DNA of 64,000 bases from an uncultured Candidatus Bathyarchaeia archaeon. GTDB lineage: Archaea > Thermoproteota > Bathyarchaeia > Bathyarchaeales > Bathyarchaeaceae. Position 1 is the first letter of the stretch. Every line of letters begins with the position of its first letter. Below the pieces are notes generated by a model. It did not search any database, had not been told where the DNA came from, and saw only the letters and a program-made list of their open reading frames with translations. Shown here one piece after another: positions 46,050-55,288 of this stretch. The DNA lies in the NCBI GenBank assembly GCA_964618695.1, contig CAZUDX010000006.1, positions 91,257 through 155,256 on the forward strand. Reading direction: 5' to 3'. Both the position numbers and the translations under genes were made by a program.

Positions 46050-46211
46050 GTGAAACAGCAATCCAAGTCAGAGCGAAAGTTCGGTAAGGGCAGTCGACCC
46101 TGTAGGCGATGCGGTTCTTACGGTTCCCTTATCCGCAGGTACGGATTAGACCTGTGTCGTCAATGTTTTAGGGAGATTGCTGAGGACTTAGGCTTCAGGA
46201 AGTATGAGTAA
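46050..46211 (+). CDS. rps14: 30S ribosomal protein S14 (uS14, Zn-ribbon type)
   Basis: 53-aa GTG-started ORF below the track cutoff: [53 protein letters not shown]. Confidence 0.85.
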   Translation: MKQQSKSERKFGKGSRPCRRCGSYGSLIRRYGLDLCRQCFREIAEDLGFRKYE

Positions 46212-46620
46212 GGGAGATGATGCAGATTTGCCTATGATGGACACGCTCGCAAACGGCTTGACAACAATCATTAACAATGAGATGCGTCGAAAAAGAGAAT
46301 GTGTAATCAACAAAGCCTCTAAACTTTTAGGGCGTGTCTTGCGAGTCATGCAGCTGAACGGTTACATCGGAGAATTCGAATTTATTGATGATGGACGCTC
46401 CGGAAAGTTTAGAGTACAGCTCCTTGGTCGAGTTAACAAATGTGGTGCAATAAAACCTAGAATCCCTGTCAGTTCTAAAGAAATAGAAAACTGGGAAAAA
46501 CAGTTTCTGCCTTCAAGAGACATAGGGGTTCTAGTCGTTTCTACTTCTCAAGGTGTCTTATCCCATCGCGAAGTTAAAGAGAAAAAGATTGGTGGGCGTC
46601 TTTTGGCTTTTGTTTATTAG
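46204..46620 (+). CDS. rps8: 30S ribosomal protein S8 (uS8)
   Basis: MDTLAN.LT.I.N.E.......V...SKL...VL.VM...GYI..FE. The true start may be Met at 46234, whereas ATG 46204 overlaps the S14 end. Confidence 0.9.
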   Translation: MSKGDDADLPMMDTLANGLTTIINNEMRRKRECVINKASKLLGRVLRVMQLNGYIGEFEFIDDGRSGKFRVQLLGRVNKCGAIKPRIPVSSKEIENWEKQFLPSRDIGVLVVSTSQGVLSHREVKEKKIGGRLLAFVY

Positions 46621-46632
46621 GAGAATCGGAAA

Positions 46633-47181
46633 ATGCGTGCAATCGAAACCGTGACAACTGTTGAAATCCCTGATGGTGTAGAGGGCATGCTTGAGGGTAG
46701 AATAGTCACGATAAAGGGTGAAAAAGGAGAATTAACCAGAGACTTTTCTCACGCACCCATAAAGATTAGCCTTGAAGGGAAGACTGTAACAGTTCAGGCA
46801 AGTTGGCCCCGCAAAAAAGAGGCTGCCCTTGTGGGAACAATCAGTTCTCACATTCAGAATATGATAAAAGGAGTAACACAAGGGTTCACCTACAAACTGA
46901 AAATCGTTTACTCTCACTTTCCAATAACCGTTAAAATCCAAGGGAAAACATTGACTATACAGAACTTCACTGGAGAACGAAGCCCACGCTCAGCCAAGAT
47001 AATGGGAGACACCAAAGTAACTATCAAGGGAGACGACATTACCGTTCAGGGAATCAACCTTGAAGACGTCAGCCAAACTGCAGCAAATATCCAAAATGCA
47101 ACCAAAATTAAAAGCAAAGACCCACGAGTGTTCCTAGACGGCATCTACGTTTTTGAGAAACATGAGGGAATCCAAGAATGA
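46633..47181 (+). CDS. rpl6: 50S ribosomal protein L6 (uL6)
   Basis: 182 aa: V.IP.GV......V.IKGEKGEL.R.F ... two-domain uL6 pattern. Confidence 0.92.
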   Translation: MRAIETVTTVEIPDGVEGMLEGRIVTIKGEKGELTRDFSHAPIKISLEGKTVTVQASWPRKKEAALVGTISSHIQNMIKGVTQGFTYKLKIVYSHFPITVKIQGKTLTIQNFTGERSPRSAKIMGDTKVTIKGDDITVQGINLEDVSQTAANIQNATKIKSKDPRVFLDGIYVFEKHEGIQE

Positions 47182-47660
47182 CAAAAGAAGAACCAGAGAC
47201 AATAGCAGAAAAGCAGTTCCCCAAAAAAGCTCAGAGTAGTAGACACAAGAAACCCAAATTTAGACGCCAAGAAAGCTGGAGATACAAGCGGGTTCCAGAT
47301 GTCTGGAGAAAACCGCATGGAATCGACAGCAAAATGCGGAAAAAAGTTAAGGGATGGCCCCCTTCTCCCACCACAGGTTACCGAACTCCCAAGAAAACAA
47401 GAGGACTTCACCCTTCAGGATTCGTAGAAACCCGAGTTCAAGCCCTTGAAGACTTGGATGGAATAGACCCTGAATTGCAGGCCATAAGAATAGGTCGCAC
47501 GGTCGGGGCTAAAAAAAGAGTTGAGATTATAGCCTTAGCTGGGGAAAAGGGAATCCATGTTCTAAATCCGAGAACAACAAAGGAGCCTGAGTTCGAGGAA
47601 GGAGAAATAGAAGAGCCAGAAGAGACAGAAAACCTTTCGGATGGAGAGAAAGAAAGTTGA
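47178..47660 (+). CDS. rpl32e: 50S ribosomal protein L32e (eL32) with acidic tail
   Basis: KPKF.RQESWRYKRV...WRKP.GIDSKMR.K.KG.P; C-terminal EPEFEEGEIEEPEETENLSDGEKES. Confidence 0.9.
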   Translation: MTKEEPETIAEKQFPKKAQSSRHKKPKFRRQESWRYKRVPDVWRKPHGIDSKMRKKVKGWPPSPTTGYRTPKKTRGLHPSGFVETRVQALEDLDGIDPELQAIRIGRTVGAKKRVEIIALAGEKGIHVLNPRTTKEPEFEEGEIEEPEETENLSDGEKES

Positions 47661-48109
47661 GTTTGAAAAGCCAGCGCCGTTTAGCTGCCGAGATCATGAA
47701 GGTCGGTGAAGGTCGGGTTTGGATAGACCCAGAAAGAATAGATTACGTTGAGGCAGCCATTACCCGAGAAGAAATCCGAAAGTTGATTCACGAAGGCGTT
47801 GTAAAATCTCTTCCTGAGAAAGGAGTTAGTCGTGCTCGAGCCAGAGTTTTAACTGAAAAAAGGAAAAAAGGGTTGAGGAGAGGACCTGGAGGAAAGAGCG
47901 GTTCAGCTCGGTCAAAAATTTCTAAGAAACAAGCTTGGATGAACAGGATTAGACCAATACGAAAGAGATTGCGCGAATTAAAGGACAGCCGCGCTATCAC
48001 AGAAACTGTTTACCGTAAACTCTATGACATGTCGGAAAGCGGCGTCTTCGAATCGAAGGCTGATCTAGAACGCTACATCAAAACCCATAGTTTGTGGAGG
48101 AGACGTTAA
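47657..48109 (+). CDS. rpl19e: 50S ribosomal protein L19e (eL19)
   Basis: SLKSQRRLAAEIMKVG..RVWIDPE ... RR.G.G.R.G. Confidence 0.9.
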   Translation: MSLKSQRRLAAEIMKVGEGRVWIDPERIDYVEAAITREEIRKLIHEGVVKSLPEKGVSRARARVLTEKRKKGLRRGPGGKSGSARSKISKKQAWMNRIRPIRKRLRELKDSRAITETVYRKLYDMSESGVFESKADLERYIKTHSLWRRR

Positions 48110-48723
48110 TGGCGACTGGACCAAGCTACAGAGTTCCTTTCCGCAGGCGGAGAGAAGGAAAAACCGATTATCGAGCGCGTAGAGCCCTCGTTTTGTCTCG
48201 GGCGCCTCGCCTAGTAGTTCGACTCACTATGAAACACACAATACTGCAAATAGTTGAAGCAGAAGCCGTGGGAGACAAGGTTATTGTTTCAGCTCACTCT
48301 CAAGAGTTGGGAAAGACTTACGGCTGGCTGGGAAGTGGCGGAAACGTTCCGGCTGCTTATCTTACTGGTCTCTTGTGCGGTTTTAAGGCAATAGCCAAGA
48401 AAGTGGATGAAGTTTTCTTGGACATTGGTCTGCATATTCCTTCAAAGGGAGCACGAGTTTTTGCTGCTTTAAAGGGTGTTCTTGACGCTGGTGTTGAGGT
48501 TCCCCACAGTGAAGACATTCTTCCTGATGAGAGTAGAATAAGCGGGCAACATATTGTAGAATACGGGAATCAATTGTCTTCAGACCCAGACGTCTATAAA
48601 CAGAAATTTTCAAAGTATCTTTCAAGGAAATCGAAACCAGAAAAGCTGTCTGAACACTTTTCTGCCGTTAAAGACAAGATCACATCTTCGTTTAAGAAAA
48701 AGGTGAAAGAACAGAAGGAATAA
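48109..48723 (+). CDS. rpl18: 50S ribosomal protein L18 (uL18)
   Basis: ATG overlaps the L19e stop (TAATG): MATGPSYRVPFRRRREGKTDYRAR..L..S..PRLVVR.T..H. Confidence 0.9.
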   Translation: MATGPSYRVPFRRRREGKTDYRARRALVLSRAPRLVVRLTMKHTILQIVEAEAVGDKVIVSAHSQELGKTYGWLGSGGNVPAAYLTGLLCGFKAIAKKVDEVFLDIGLHIPSKGARVFAALKGVLDAGVEVPHSEDILPDESRISGQHIVEYGNQLSSDPDVYKQKFSKYLSRKSKPEKLSEHFSAVKDKITSSFKKKVKEQKE

Positions 48724-48725
48724 AC

Positions 48726-49358
48726 ATGAGTGCCACCAGCGAGAAAGTTGAAAGATGGACGCCCCGTACAAAGCTTGGAAGAATGATTCTTGAGGGACAA
48801 ATCTCCTCCATAGAAGAATTGTTCATGGAAGGATTCAGGATAAGAGAACCCGAAATAGTGAATGTTCTTCTTCCCGAATTACAGGAAGAAGTTATAAACA
48901 TAGGTTTAGTGCAGAAACAAACGGACGCTGGAGAGAAATCTCAGTTTAGGGCTATCGTAGTTGTGGGAAACCGTGACGGTTACGTAGGCTTGGGTTCAGG
49001 TAAGGCAAGGCAGGTGCGCTCCGCCATCGAGAAAGCTGCTGTGGATGCACGTCTCAACATCACTCCTGTTCGTCGAGGCTGTGGATGCTGGGAATGTGGA
49101 TGTGGAAAGCCTCATTCTTTACCGTTTCAAGTTAGCGGCAGTTGCGGCGGCGTTGAGGTTGTTTTGATTCCGGGACCTAGAGGTTTAGGTATTGTTGCAA
49201 GCGAGGCAGCCAAGGTTATTTTAGGATTGGCTGGTGTAAAGGATTGTTGGACGAGAAGTTATGGTTCCACGAGAACTGTTCCATCGTTCGCTTGCGCCGT
49301 CTTTGATGCTCTTAAGAAGACCTACCAGTTAGTCACACCAAAGGATTGGGTGAGCTGA
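48726..49358 (+). CDS. rps5: 30S ribosomal protein S5 (uS5)
   Basis: 210 aa: W.PRTKLGR....G.I.S.EE .. F.A.VVVGN.DGYVGLG.GKA..V..AI.KA. Confidence 0.92.
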   Translation: MSATSEKVERWTPRTKLGRMILEGQISSIEELFMEGFRIREPEIVNVLLPELQEEVINIGLVQKQTDAGEKSQFRAIVVVGNRDGYVGLGSGKARQVRSAIEKAAVDARLNITPVRRGCGCWECGCGKPHSLPFQVSGSCGGVEVVLIPGPRGLGIVASEAAKVILGLAGVKDCWTRSYGSTRTVPSFACAVFDALKKTYQLVTPKDWVS

Positions 49359-49359
49359 A

Positions 49360-49839
49360 GTGGATGAAAAAAGGAAGTGCTTGGTGGCAGTTCGTATTCG
49401 CGGAATGAGTGACATTTCTCAGGAAATCAAAGACACGATGACTATGCTACGGTTAACCCGAAACTGCCACGCAACATTAGTTGATGACCGCCCTGCTTAT
49501 GTGGGCATGTTGAAAAAAAGTAAGGATTACTTGACTTGGGGTGAGGTCTCCCAAGAGAATATAGCGCTCCTTTTGAAGAAGAGGGGAAGACTCGTAGGCG
49601 ACAAAAAATTGACGGAGGAATACGCTAAAGAATTGGGCTATAAATCGTTGGACGACTTGGCTGAAGCAGTCTTCAAGATGAAAGTTGAGTGCAGCAGTCT
49701 TCCTAATGTGAAACCTGTATTCCGTCTTCGACCGCCGAAAAAAGGCTTCAAAGGAAAGGTGAAGCGAAGCTATGCGGCTGGTGGAGAACTCGGATATAGA
49801 GGAGATGCGATTAACGACCTCTTGAAACGAATGGTGTAG
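49360..49839 (+). CDS. rpl30: 50S ribosomal protein L30 (uL30)
   Basis: 159 aa, GTG start: LVAVRIRG........I..T...LRL.R.....LV...P...GML. Confidence 0.88.
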   Translation: MDEKRKCLVAVRIRGMSDISQEIKDTMTMLRLTRNCHATLVDDRPAYVGMLKKSKDYLTWGEVSQENIALLLKKRGRLVGDKKLTEEYAKELGYKSLDDLAEAVFKMKVECSSLPNVKPVFRLRPPKKGFKGKVKRSYAAGGELGYRGDAINDLLKRMV

Positions 49840-49856
49840 CCGAAGTCAGCGATAAT

Positions 49857-49864
49857 CTTTATAG
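49857..49864 (+). promoter_or_regulatory. candidate TATA box for the hsp20 insert
   Basis: CTTTATAG lies about 40 nt upstream of the TTG start at 49905, with GGAAGGAG SD at 49892-49899. Sequence-only guess. Confidence 0.3.
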
Positions 49865-49904
49865 TTACCGTATCAGCACAATCTCAGTTGAGGAAGGAGT
49901 TCCA

Positions 49905-50438
49905 TTGACCGAACCGTGGTGGAGAAGAAGAAAGAAGAGAGGTCCTTGGTTCAATGACATTCATGAAGAACTCGAAAGACTCGGGGACCTGATAGATGAA
50001 ACTATCAAGAAAGCCTTTGAGACGGCGTCCTCAGATAATCCATTCCACCACAATCGCGTGCAAGGTTTCTCCATAAATTTTGGTTCTGACGGAAAGCCGA
50101 CTATTCGAGAGTTGGATGACCGTGAACTTATACAGGATGAAGCGGAGATTAGCGAAGATTCTGAGCCTTTAGTTGATATTGTTGATGAGGGGGAGGTATT
50201 AGTTGTTTTAGTGAGCCTCCCGGGAGTCAAGAAAGATGATATTGATCTTCGCGTAACTGCTAATCGTTTAACGGTTTCCGTTGACACAGTTGACTTGGAA
50301 TATTATGAGGAATTGAAGCTTCCAGCCAAAGTGGATCCCAAGTCGGCGTGTGCTTTGTACAAAAACGGAGTATTAGACGTAAAATTGAGAAAAAGAGAGA
50401 AAGAAGTTAGAGATGGTAAAATATCTTTGAAAAAGTGA
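49905..50438 (+). CDS. hsp20: small heat-shock protein (Hsp20 / alpha-crystallin domain)
   Basis: 177 aa. The ACD pattern is PLVDIVDEGEVLVVLVSLPGVKKDDIDLRV..N.L.V....... Y...KLPA.VD...A.A.YKNGVL.V.L.K. Confidence 0.85.
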   Translation: MTEPWWRRRKKRGPWFNDIHEELERLGDLIDETIKKAFETASSDNPFHHNRVQGFSINFGSDGKPTIRELDDRELIQDEAEISEDSEPLVDIVDEGEVLVVLVSLPGVKKDDIDLRVTANRLTVSVDTVDLEYYEELKLPAKVDPKSACALYKNGVLDVKLRKREKEVRDGKISLKK

Positions 50439-50448
50439 GGTTAAACGT

Positions 50449-50895
50449 TTGCCCCATAAGAAGAGGAAAGTTAGAAAACAGCGTGGATCCAGAACCCATG
50501 GACACGGTCAGATAGGACAACATAGAAGTGGAGGAGGACGGGGAGGTCATGGAAAAGCAGGGTATGACAAGCACAAATGGACGTACGTGCTCAAGTATGA
50601 TCCTACATACTGGGAAAAGACTGGTTTCGTGTCTACCAAAGCCTTAGGCAGAAAGGTCAAAGTTATTAATGTGGGAAAATTGGATGATCTTGCTGACAAA
50701 CTGGAATCCGAGAAAAAACTGGAGAAAAAAGAGAAAAGGATCTTTTTGGACTTGGAAAGCCTTGGCTACGACAAGCTTTTGGGAACTGGTGAGATAACCA
50801 AACCATTGCTTGTTAAGGTGTCATCTTATTCGGAAGCTGCCGCTAGGAAATTGGAAGAGGCAGGGGGAGAAATCCTCAAAGAAAAAGAAGAGTAA
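50449..50895 (+). CDS. rpl15: 50S ribosomal protein L15 (uL15)
   Basis: 148 aa, TTG start: RK.RGSRTHG.G..G.HR..G.RGG.G.AG. Confidence 0.9.
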   Translation: MPHKKRKVRKQRGSRTHGHGQIGQHRSGGGRGGHGKAGYDKHKWTYVLKYDPTYWEKTGFVSTKALGRKVKVINVGKLDDLADKLESEKKLEKKEKRIFLDLESLGYDKLLGTGEITKPLLVKVSSYSEAAARKLEEAGGEILKEKEE

Positions 50896-51024
50896 ATACA
50901 ACTTTTTCTCTTTGCTTAGCTGGGTTCAGTCTGAGAAGTCAAAGTGTTTATATTTGTGTTCAACATACGCAACTTAACCAATCAGTTTATACACTGAAAA
51001 ATCGAAGAATGAAGGCGAAAGATA

Positions 51025-52479
51025 ATGGCTGGTAGATTCCTTTCACTGTTCGGACCGCTGTCAAGGTTCCTTCCTGAAATAAGCCAACCAACTCGAAAAG
51101 TGAGCTTCAACGAGAAACTTTTCTGGACTGCTATAGCACTGATAATCTTTCTGATCATGAGCGAGATACCCCTATTCAACATCGGAGGAGCTGATGAAGT
51201 GGATCAGTTCAGCACCCTCAGAATAATCTTCGCTTCGAACAGGGGCACTCTCATGGAACTTGGAATAGGTCCCATAGTAACGGGCGGTCTCATTCTGCAG
51301 TTACTTATCGGTTCCGGCATCATAGGTGCAGATTTAGGCAACCCAGATGATCGATCTCTTTTCACCGCAGCCAACAAAGTCTTTTCAATAGCTCTCACTG
51401 GAGTACAAGCTGCCGCCTACCTCATAGGTGGAGTATACAATTATACGGACGCATCCGGAGTGCTACATTCTCCGGACCTAATTACCAGCATAATAATTTT
51501 TGTTCAACTTCTATGCGCTGGGGTACTGCTGATACTCTTGGACGAAATGCTGCAGAAAGGTTGGGGAATAGGAAGCGGAATCAGCCTTTTCATTCTCGCT
51601 GGCGTAGCGCAAGGGATTATGTGGGACAGTTTTGGACTAACAGCTTCTATGGCGGACGGAAAAAGCTACGGAGCCTTCATTGCACTCGGCCAGACGATCC
51701 TTGGTGGAGAAAATTTGTTTAATGCCTTTTTCAGATACGATTCCAGTGGCGCCCTTTTGAATTATCCTACGATGTTAGGTTTCATTACAACAGTCATCGT
51801 CTTCATAATAGTAATATACATTGAAGGAGTCAGAGTTGAACTTCCTGTCTCCCACGCAAATTACCGTGGATTCCGCGGCAAATACCCCATCAAACTCCTA
51901 TACGTCTCTAACCTACCTGTAATATTCGCTTCCGCCCTCTTCGCAAACGTTCTCGTCTTCGCTCAAATCTTATCAAGCCAACCTTGGGGCAGAGGCAACT
52001 TCTGGATCAGCCTGTTAGGCACCTTCGGAAGCGATGGAGCTCCCACAGGCGGTCTTGCATATTACGTAACTGCCCCCCGAAGCCTAGGACAAGTGGCTGC
52101 CGATCCAATAAGGGCCCTCGTCTTCGTAGGCATCATGGTTACCTTTGCCATAATCTTTTCCATCACATGGCTGGAAGTAGGAGGATTAGGACCCAGCACC
52201 GTAGCAAAACAGCTCGTAGACTCAGGTATGCAGATTCCAGGATTCCGCAGGTCAGGCAGATCAATAGAGATGATTCTCAAACGTTACATCCCAGTGGTTA
52301 CCATTCTTGGAGGGGCAATAATAGGGTTAATCGCTTCAGTGGCAGAGTTCTTCGGAGTCTTCGGAACAGGTATGGGTATACTGCTCGCAGTAGGTATATT
52401 GTACCAATATTATCAACTCCTTGTACAAGAGCAGGTTTCGGAGATGTATCCAGCCTTCGGTCGTGTATTGGGAGGATAA
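51025..52479 (+). CDS. secY: preprotein translocase subunit SecY
   Basis: 484 aa with 10 TM. Contains ...RGTLMELGIGPIVTGGLILQLL and the C-terminal ...IPGFR.G pattern. Confidence 0.95.
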   Translation: MAGRFLSLFGPLSRFLPEISQPTRKVSFNEKLFWTAIALIIFLIMSEIPLFNIGGADEVDQFSTLRIIFASNRGTLMELGIGPIVTGGLILQLLIGSGIIGADLGNPDDRSLFTAANKVFSIALTGVQAAAYLIGGVYNYTDASGVLHSPDLITSIIIFVQLLCAGVLLILLDEMLQKGWGIGSGISLFILAGVAQGIMWDSFGLTASMADGKSYGAFIALGQTILGGENLFNAFFRYDSSGALLNYPTMLGFITTVIVFIIVIYIEGVRVELPVSHANYRGFRGKYPIKLLYVSNLPVIFASALFANVLVFAQILSSQPWGRGNFWISLLGTFGSDGAPTGGLAYYVTAPRSLGQVAADPIRALVFVGIMVTFAIIFSITWLEVGGLGPSTVAKQLVDSGMQIPGFRRSGRSIEMILKRYIPVVTILGGAIIGLIASVAEFFGVFGTGMGILLAVGILYQYYQLLVQEQVSEMYPAFGRVLGG

Positions 52480-52568
52480 ATAATGAGAGAAACTATTAAC
52501 ATCGCAGAGATAGCTGAAAGTGGAAAAAACTTTCATACTAAAGAATGTAAAATATATTGGGGAAGTAA

Positions 52569-53090
52569 ATGATGAGTTTGGCACAACCTCCCATTGTTAC
52601 AGTCGTAGTTCTTTTAGTCTCTATAACCATGTCATTCTTCTCTTCACTGATTAACAGCCGTTTCATGCCTAAGGAACATCGAGAAAAACTTGCTTCATTA
52701 CGAAAAAAGATATCCGCTTTAACTAAAGAAAAAAACGAAAACATGAAGAAAGCCAAAGAAACAGACGACAAAAAACTGCTCAAGAAAGCTCAGAAACAAG
52801 AGAGACAGCTTCTTCAGCTTCAATCTCAGGTTCTTTCATTATCCTCTAGACAGTTTAGAGTGTTCCCAATAACATTGACAGTTTTTTTCATAGTCTGGCT
52901 CCTGCTAACAGGAAGCATTCTCGGCTTCAAATTGTTCGAAAGCCCGTTTATAGGTCCATACCCAGTAGCCTACTTCCCATGGTTAGGGGGCGTGGCACCA
53001 CTCAACCTTTTCTATTGGTACCTCATCTGCTCTTTCTTCTTCGGAACAATGTTCTCACGCATCTTCGGATTGACAGGAGGAACCGATTAA
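52569..53090 (+). CDS. DUF106 membrane protein (archaeal YidC/Oxa1/EMC3-like insertase homolog)
   Basis: 173 aa. TM1, then a Lys-rich coiled coil (KEKNENMKKAKETDDKKLLKKAQKQERQLLQLQ), then two TMs. It sits in the conserved position after secY. Confidence 0.75.
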   Translation: MMSLAQPPIVTVVVLLVSITMSFFSSLINSRFMPKEHREKLASLRKKISALTKEKNENMKKAKETDDKKLLKKAQKQERQLLQLQSQVLSLSSRQFRVFPITLTVFFIVWLLLTGSILGFKLFESPFIGPYPVAYFPWLGGVAPLNLFYWYLICSFFFGTMFSRIFGLTGGTD

Positions 53091-53360
53091 ATGCCAAAAC
53101 CCTCCTTGCGAGCCCGAAACAAGAAACGACACCAAATCAAATCTTCGGGAGGACGAACCATTACCCGCTATGGAAAGGAAAAAACCAGTGTTCCTCACTG
53201 TTCCAACTGCGGTCAAAAACTAGCTGGGCTTCCACGCCCAAAACCGATCAAAATCAGTAAGCTTCCGAGAAATCAAAAAAGAGTTGAGCGCATGCATAGC
53301 AGCAGTCTGTGCCACGGTTGTCTCCGTGGTCTTCTTAGACAGGCAGCAAGGAATATTTGA
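53091..53360 (+). CDS. rpl34e: 50S ribosomal protein L34e (eL34)
   Basis: 89 aa: SGGRT...Y.KEK.S...C..CG..L.G......K.SK......V.R...S.LC..C. Confidence 0.88.
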   Translation: MPKPSLRARNKKRHQIKSSGGRTITRYGKEKTSVPHCSNCGQKLAGLPRPKPIKISKLPRNQKRVERMHSSSLCHGCLRGLLRQAARNI

Positions 53361-53382
53361 ACCTGAAGGCGGCTATCAGACT

Positions 53383-53982
53383 ATGAAAAACCGCGGGGGA
53401 GAAGAGAAGAAAAAAGTTGTAATATGTATTAGCGGAATGACTGGTTCTGGAAAAAGCACAGTGGCAAGAAGACTGGCTGCCCGATATGGACTTGGTTACT
53501 TTTCTGGCGGAAACGCTTTGAAAGCCTTAGCTCAGGAAGAAGGGTACGACTCTGACATGCGAGGGTGGTGGGAAACCGATGAGGGATTGAGGTTTCTTAA
53601 ACAGAGGAAGGGTGACCCTGCTTTTGACAGAAGAATTGATGAAAAGTTGTTGGAGTTGGCTGAGAGAGGCAATGTTGTTCTTGACAGTTGGACTATGCCT
53701 TGGTTGCTGAAGAAAGGTTTCAAAATCTGGTTGGAGGCTTCGCCTCGGGTTAGAGCCAAGAGGGTGGTAAAGAGAGACAGAATCAGCGTTGAAGAGGCGT
53801 TAATGGTTTTAACTGAGAAAGATGAGAGAACAAGAGAAATCTATAGGAATCTCTACGGGTTCGAATTGGGACACGACCTCTCTCCATTCGATTTAATTCT
53901 TACAACAGACGACATGAACCCCGACGAAGTCTTTCAGGCTGTTAGTTTAGTTACTGATAAACTAGTTTTTGGTAAAGCCTAG
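53383..53982 (+). CDS. cmk: cytidylate kinase, archaeal type
   Basis: From ATG 53383: P-loop ICISGMTGSGKSTVA..LA...G, and later R...R. The longer track ORF overlaps rpl34e. Confidence 0.85.
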   Translation: MKNRGGEEKKKVVICISGMTGSGKSTVARRLAARYGLGYFSGGNALKALAQEEGYDSDMRGWWETDEGLRFLKQRKGDPAFDRRIDEKLLELAERGNVVLDSWTMPWLLKKGFKIWLEASPRVRAKRVVKRDRISVEEALMVLTEKDERTREIYRNLYGFELGHDLSPFDLILTTDDMNPDEVFQAVSLVTDKLVFGKA

Positions 53983-54001
53983 CTGACTGGTAACGATGAT
54001 G

Positions 54002-54442
54002 TTACCACTGGAAAAGAATCTGTTCTATAAACACTGCAATTGGGTGCCATTCTAACAAGTAATAAGCTATGAATATTACCAGTGTGGCTTGTCTAAGAGG
54101 AATTATTGCATGTTTTTTCAAGCAGCAACTCAGCAAAGCTAAACCCATGTTGATTATGGTAAGTAATATGAAAATGCGGCTTAAGGCAAGGCAGATCACT
54201 GCTTCGCTGACTCTGTCAACTGAAACATCAACCATCCAACCTTCTTCTGAAGAAGTTTGACCCTGAGCTCGGGCTACGATGCCGTCTAGAGCGTCCAGCA
54301 GCATGATGACAAAGATGGCGATTATGGAAGCGAGAATGGCTCTTTCGGCAATAAGCAAGTATGCTATTGGACTGCAGACTAAACTTAGTCCCGAAATCAT
54401 GTTGGCGTTCACCTTTTTCAAGACAGGAAGTCGAGTTAGCAC
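54002..54442 (-). CDS. small CDP-alcohol phosphatidyltransferase-family membrane protein
   Basis: 146 aa. DALDGIVARAQGQTSSEEGWMVDVSVD fits D-x2-DG-x2-AR...G-x3-D-x3-D. Confidence 0.65.
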   Translation of the reverse strand: MLTRLPVLKKVNANMISGLSLVCSPIAYLLIAERAILASIIAIFVIMLLDALDGIVARAQGQTSSEEGWMVDVSVDRVSEAVICLALSRIFILLTIINMGLALLSCCLKKHAIIPLRQATLVIFIAYYLLEWHPIAVFIEQILFQW

Positions 54443-54457
54443 TGTTTTAGAACCATC

Positions 54458-54928
54458 CTAAAAGCTGAGAATGCCTTGGCTATGGAGACTCGCAATCAAA
54501 ATCACCCCAAAAATCACTGTGATTATTGTATCGTATGCGGTCAGTTTTCTCAGGTTTCTAGGCGCTAACCCCAGAAACACCACTTTTTCACTAAGTGGGT
54601 AGAAGGGTCTTGTGGGTCGTGTTAAGAGGTCTAGGGTATAGTGGCTCACGAAGCCTATGAGGAGAGCTTGACCAATAGTAGCAGAGAAGAGCATGATTGT
54701 GAAGGAGACGATCATTGCTAGTAACAGTCCAGTTAGTTCGTGCCAGCGGGTTCGGGTTTCAGTTTTGAATCTTCGGGTTTTCATTGCTGTTCGTAGGTGG
54801 GAGATGTGGTCTAGGTCTGTGACTACCGATGCTATGCTTGTTACAATTAGGGTTGTTGGGGAGACGATTGTTGGAGCGCCGAAGACCAGTAGCAAGTTAG
54901 CGAAAAACACGTGACTGATCGTATTCAA
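54458..54928 (-). CDS. membrane-bound metal-dependent hydrolase (DUF457/YdjM-like)
   Basis: 156 aa. N-terminal ..SH..F.... , D.DH.SH and SH..LD motifs between TM helices. Confidence 0.6.
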   Translation of the reverse strand: MNTISHVFFANLLLVFGAPTIVSPTTLIVTSIASVVTDLDHISHLRTAMKTRRFKTETRTRWHELTGLLLAMIVSFTIMLFSATIGQALLIGFVSHYTLDLLTRPTRPFYPLSEKVVFLGLAPRNLRKLTAYDTIITVIFGVILIASLHSQGILSF

Positions 54929-55025
54929 CAGTTCATCTTTCCATTTTTGTTATGAACGTAGGTTTACCACATCTCCAAAGATATATCTTTGCAACTATCT
55001 CCCACAAACCCCTTTTTTCAATCTT

Positions 55026-55056
55026 AAGGGTTAAATTTTAACCCCAAACCCAAACG
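55026..55056. repeat. palindromic repeat family A copy
   Basis: AAGGGTTAAATTTTAACCCCAAACCCAAACG. Confidence 0.65.
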
Positions 55057-55288
55057 TTTACCTGTTTACGTCAACTCTCGCTTATCCTTGTTCTCTTGTT
55101 TTCACTTTCTTTCTCTTATCTACCTTCACGTGCAAACACCACACACGCACACGCGCACACATGCACAATCAAAAGAACCATACACCCGGAGAAAACCTCT
55201 GTTTCAACTCCTATGTGAATGGATTTGCTACAGTCAAAAATCTTATTTTGAACATCAAATAAATACTAAATTTGGATGGTCTCAACTT

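Noticed and set aside
51984-52499. 171-aa Arg-rich ORF in an alternative frame of secY, plus other internal alternative-frame ORFs in valS, pyk and korA
   Set aside because: They are embedded in strongly supported genes and their biased composition is typical of off-frame translation.
55088-55288. N-terminal 67-aa extension of the TrmB-like ORF
   Set aside because: It reads through a CA/CG dinucleotide tract (HTHTRTHAQ) and an AT-rich promoter-like segment. TrmB HTH domains normally start within about 10 residues of the N-terminus.
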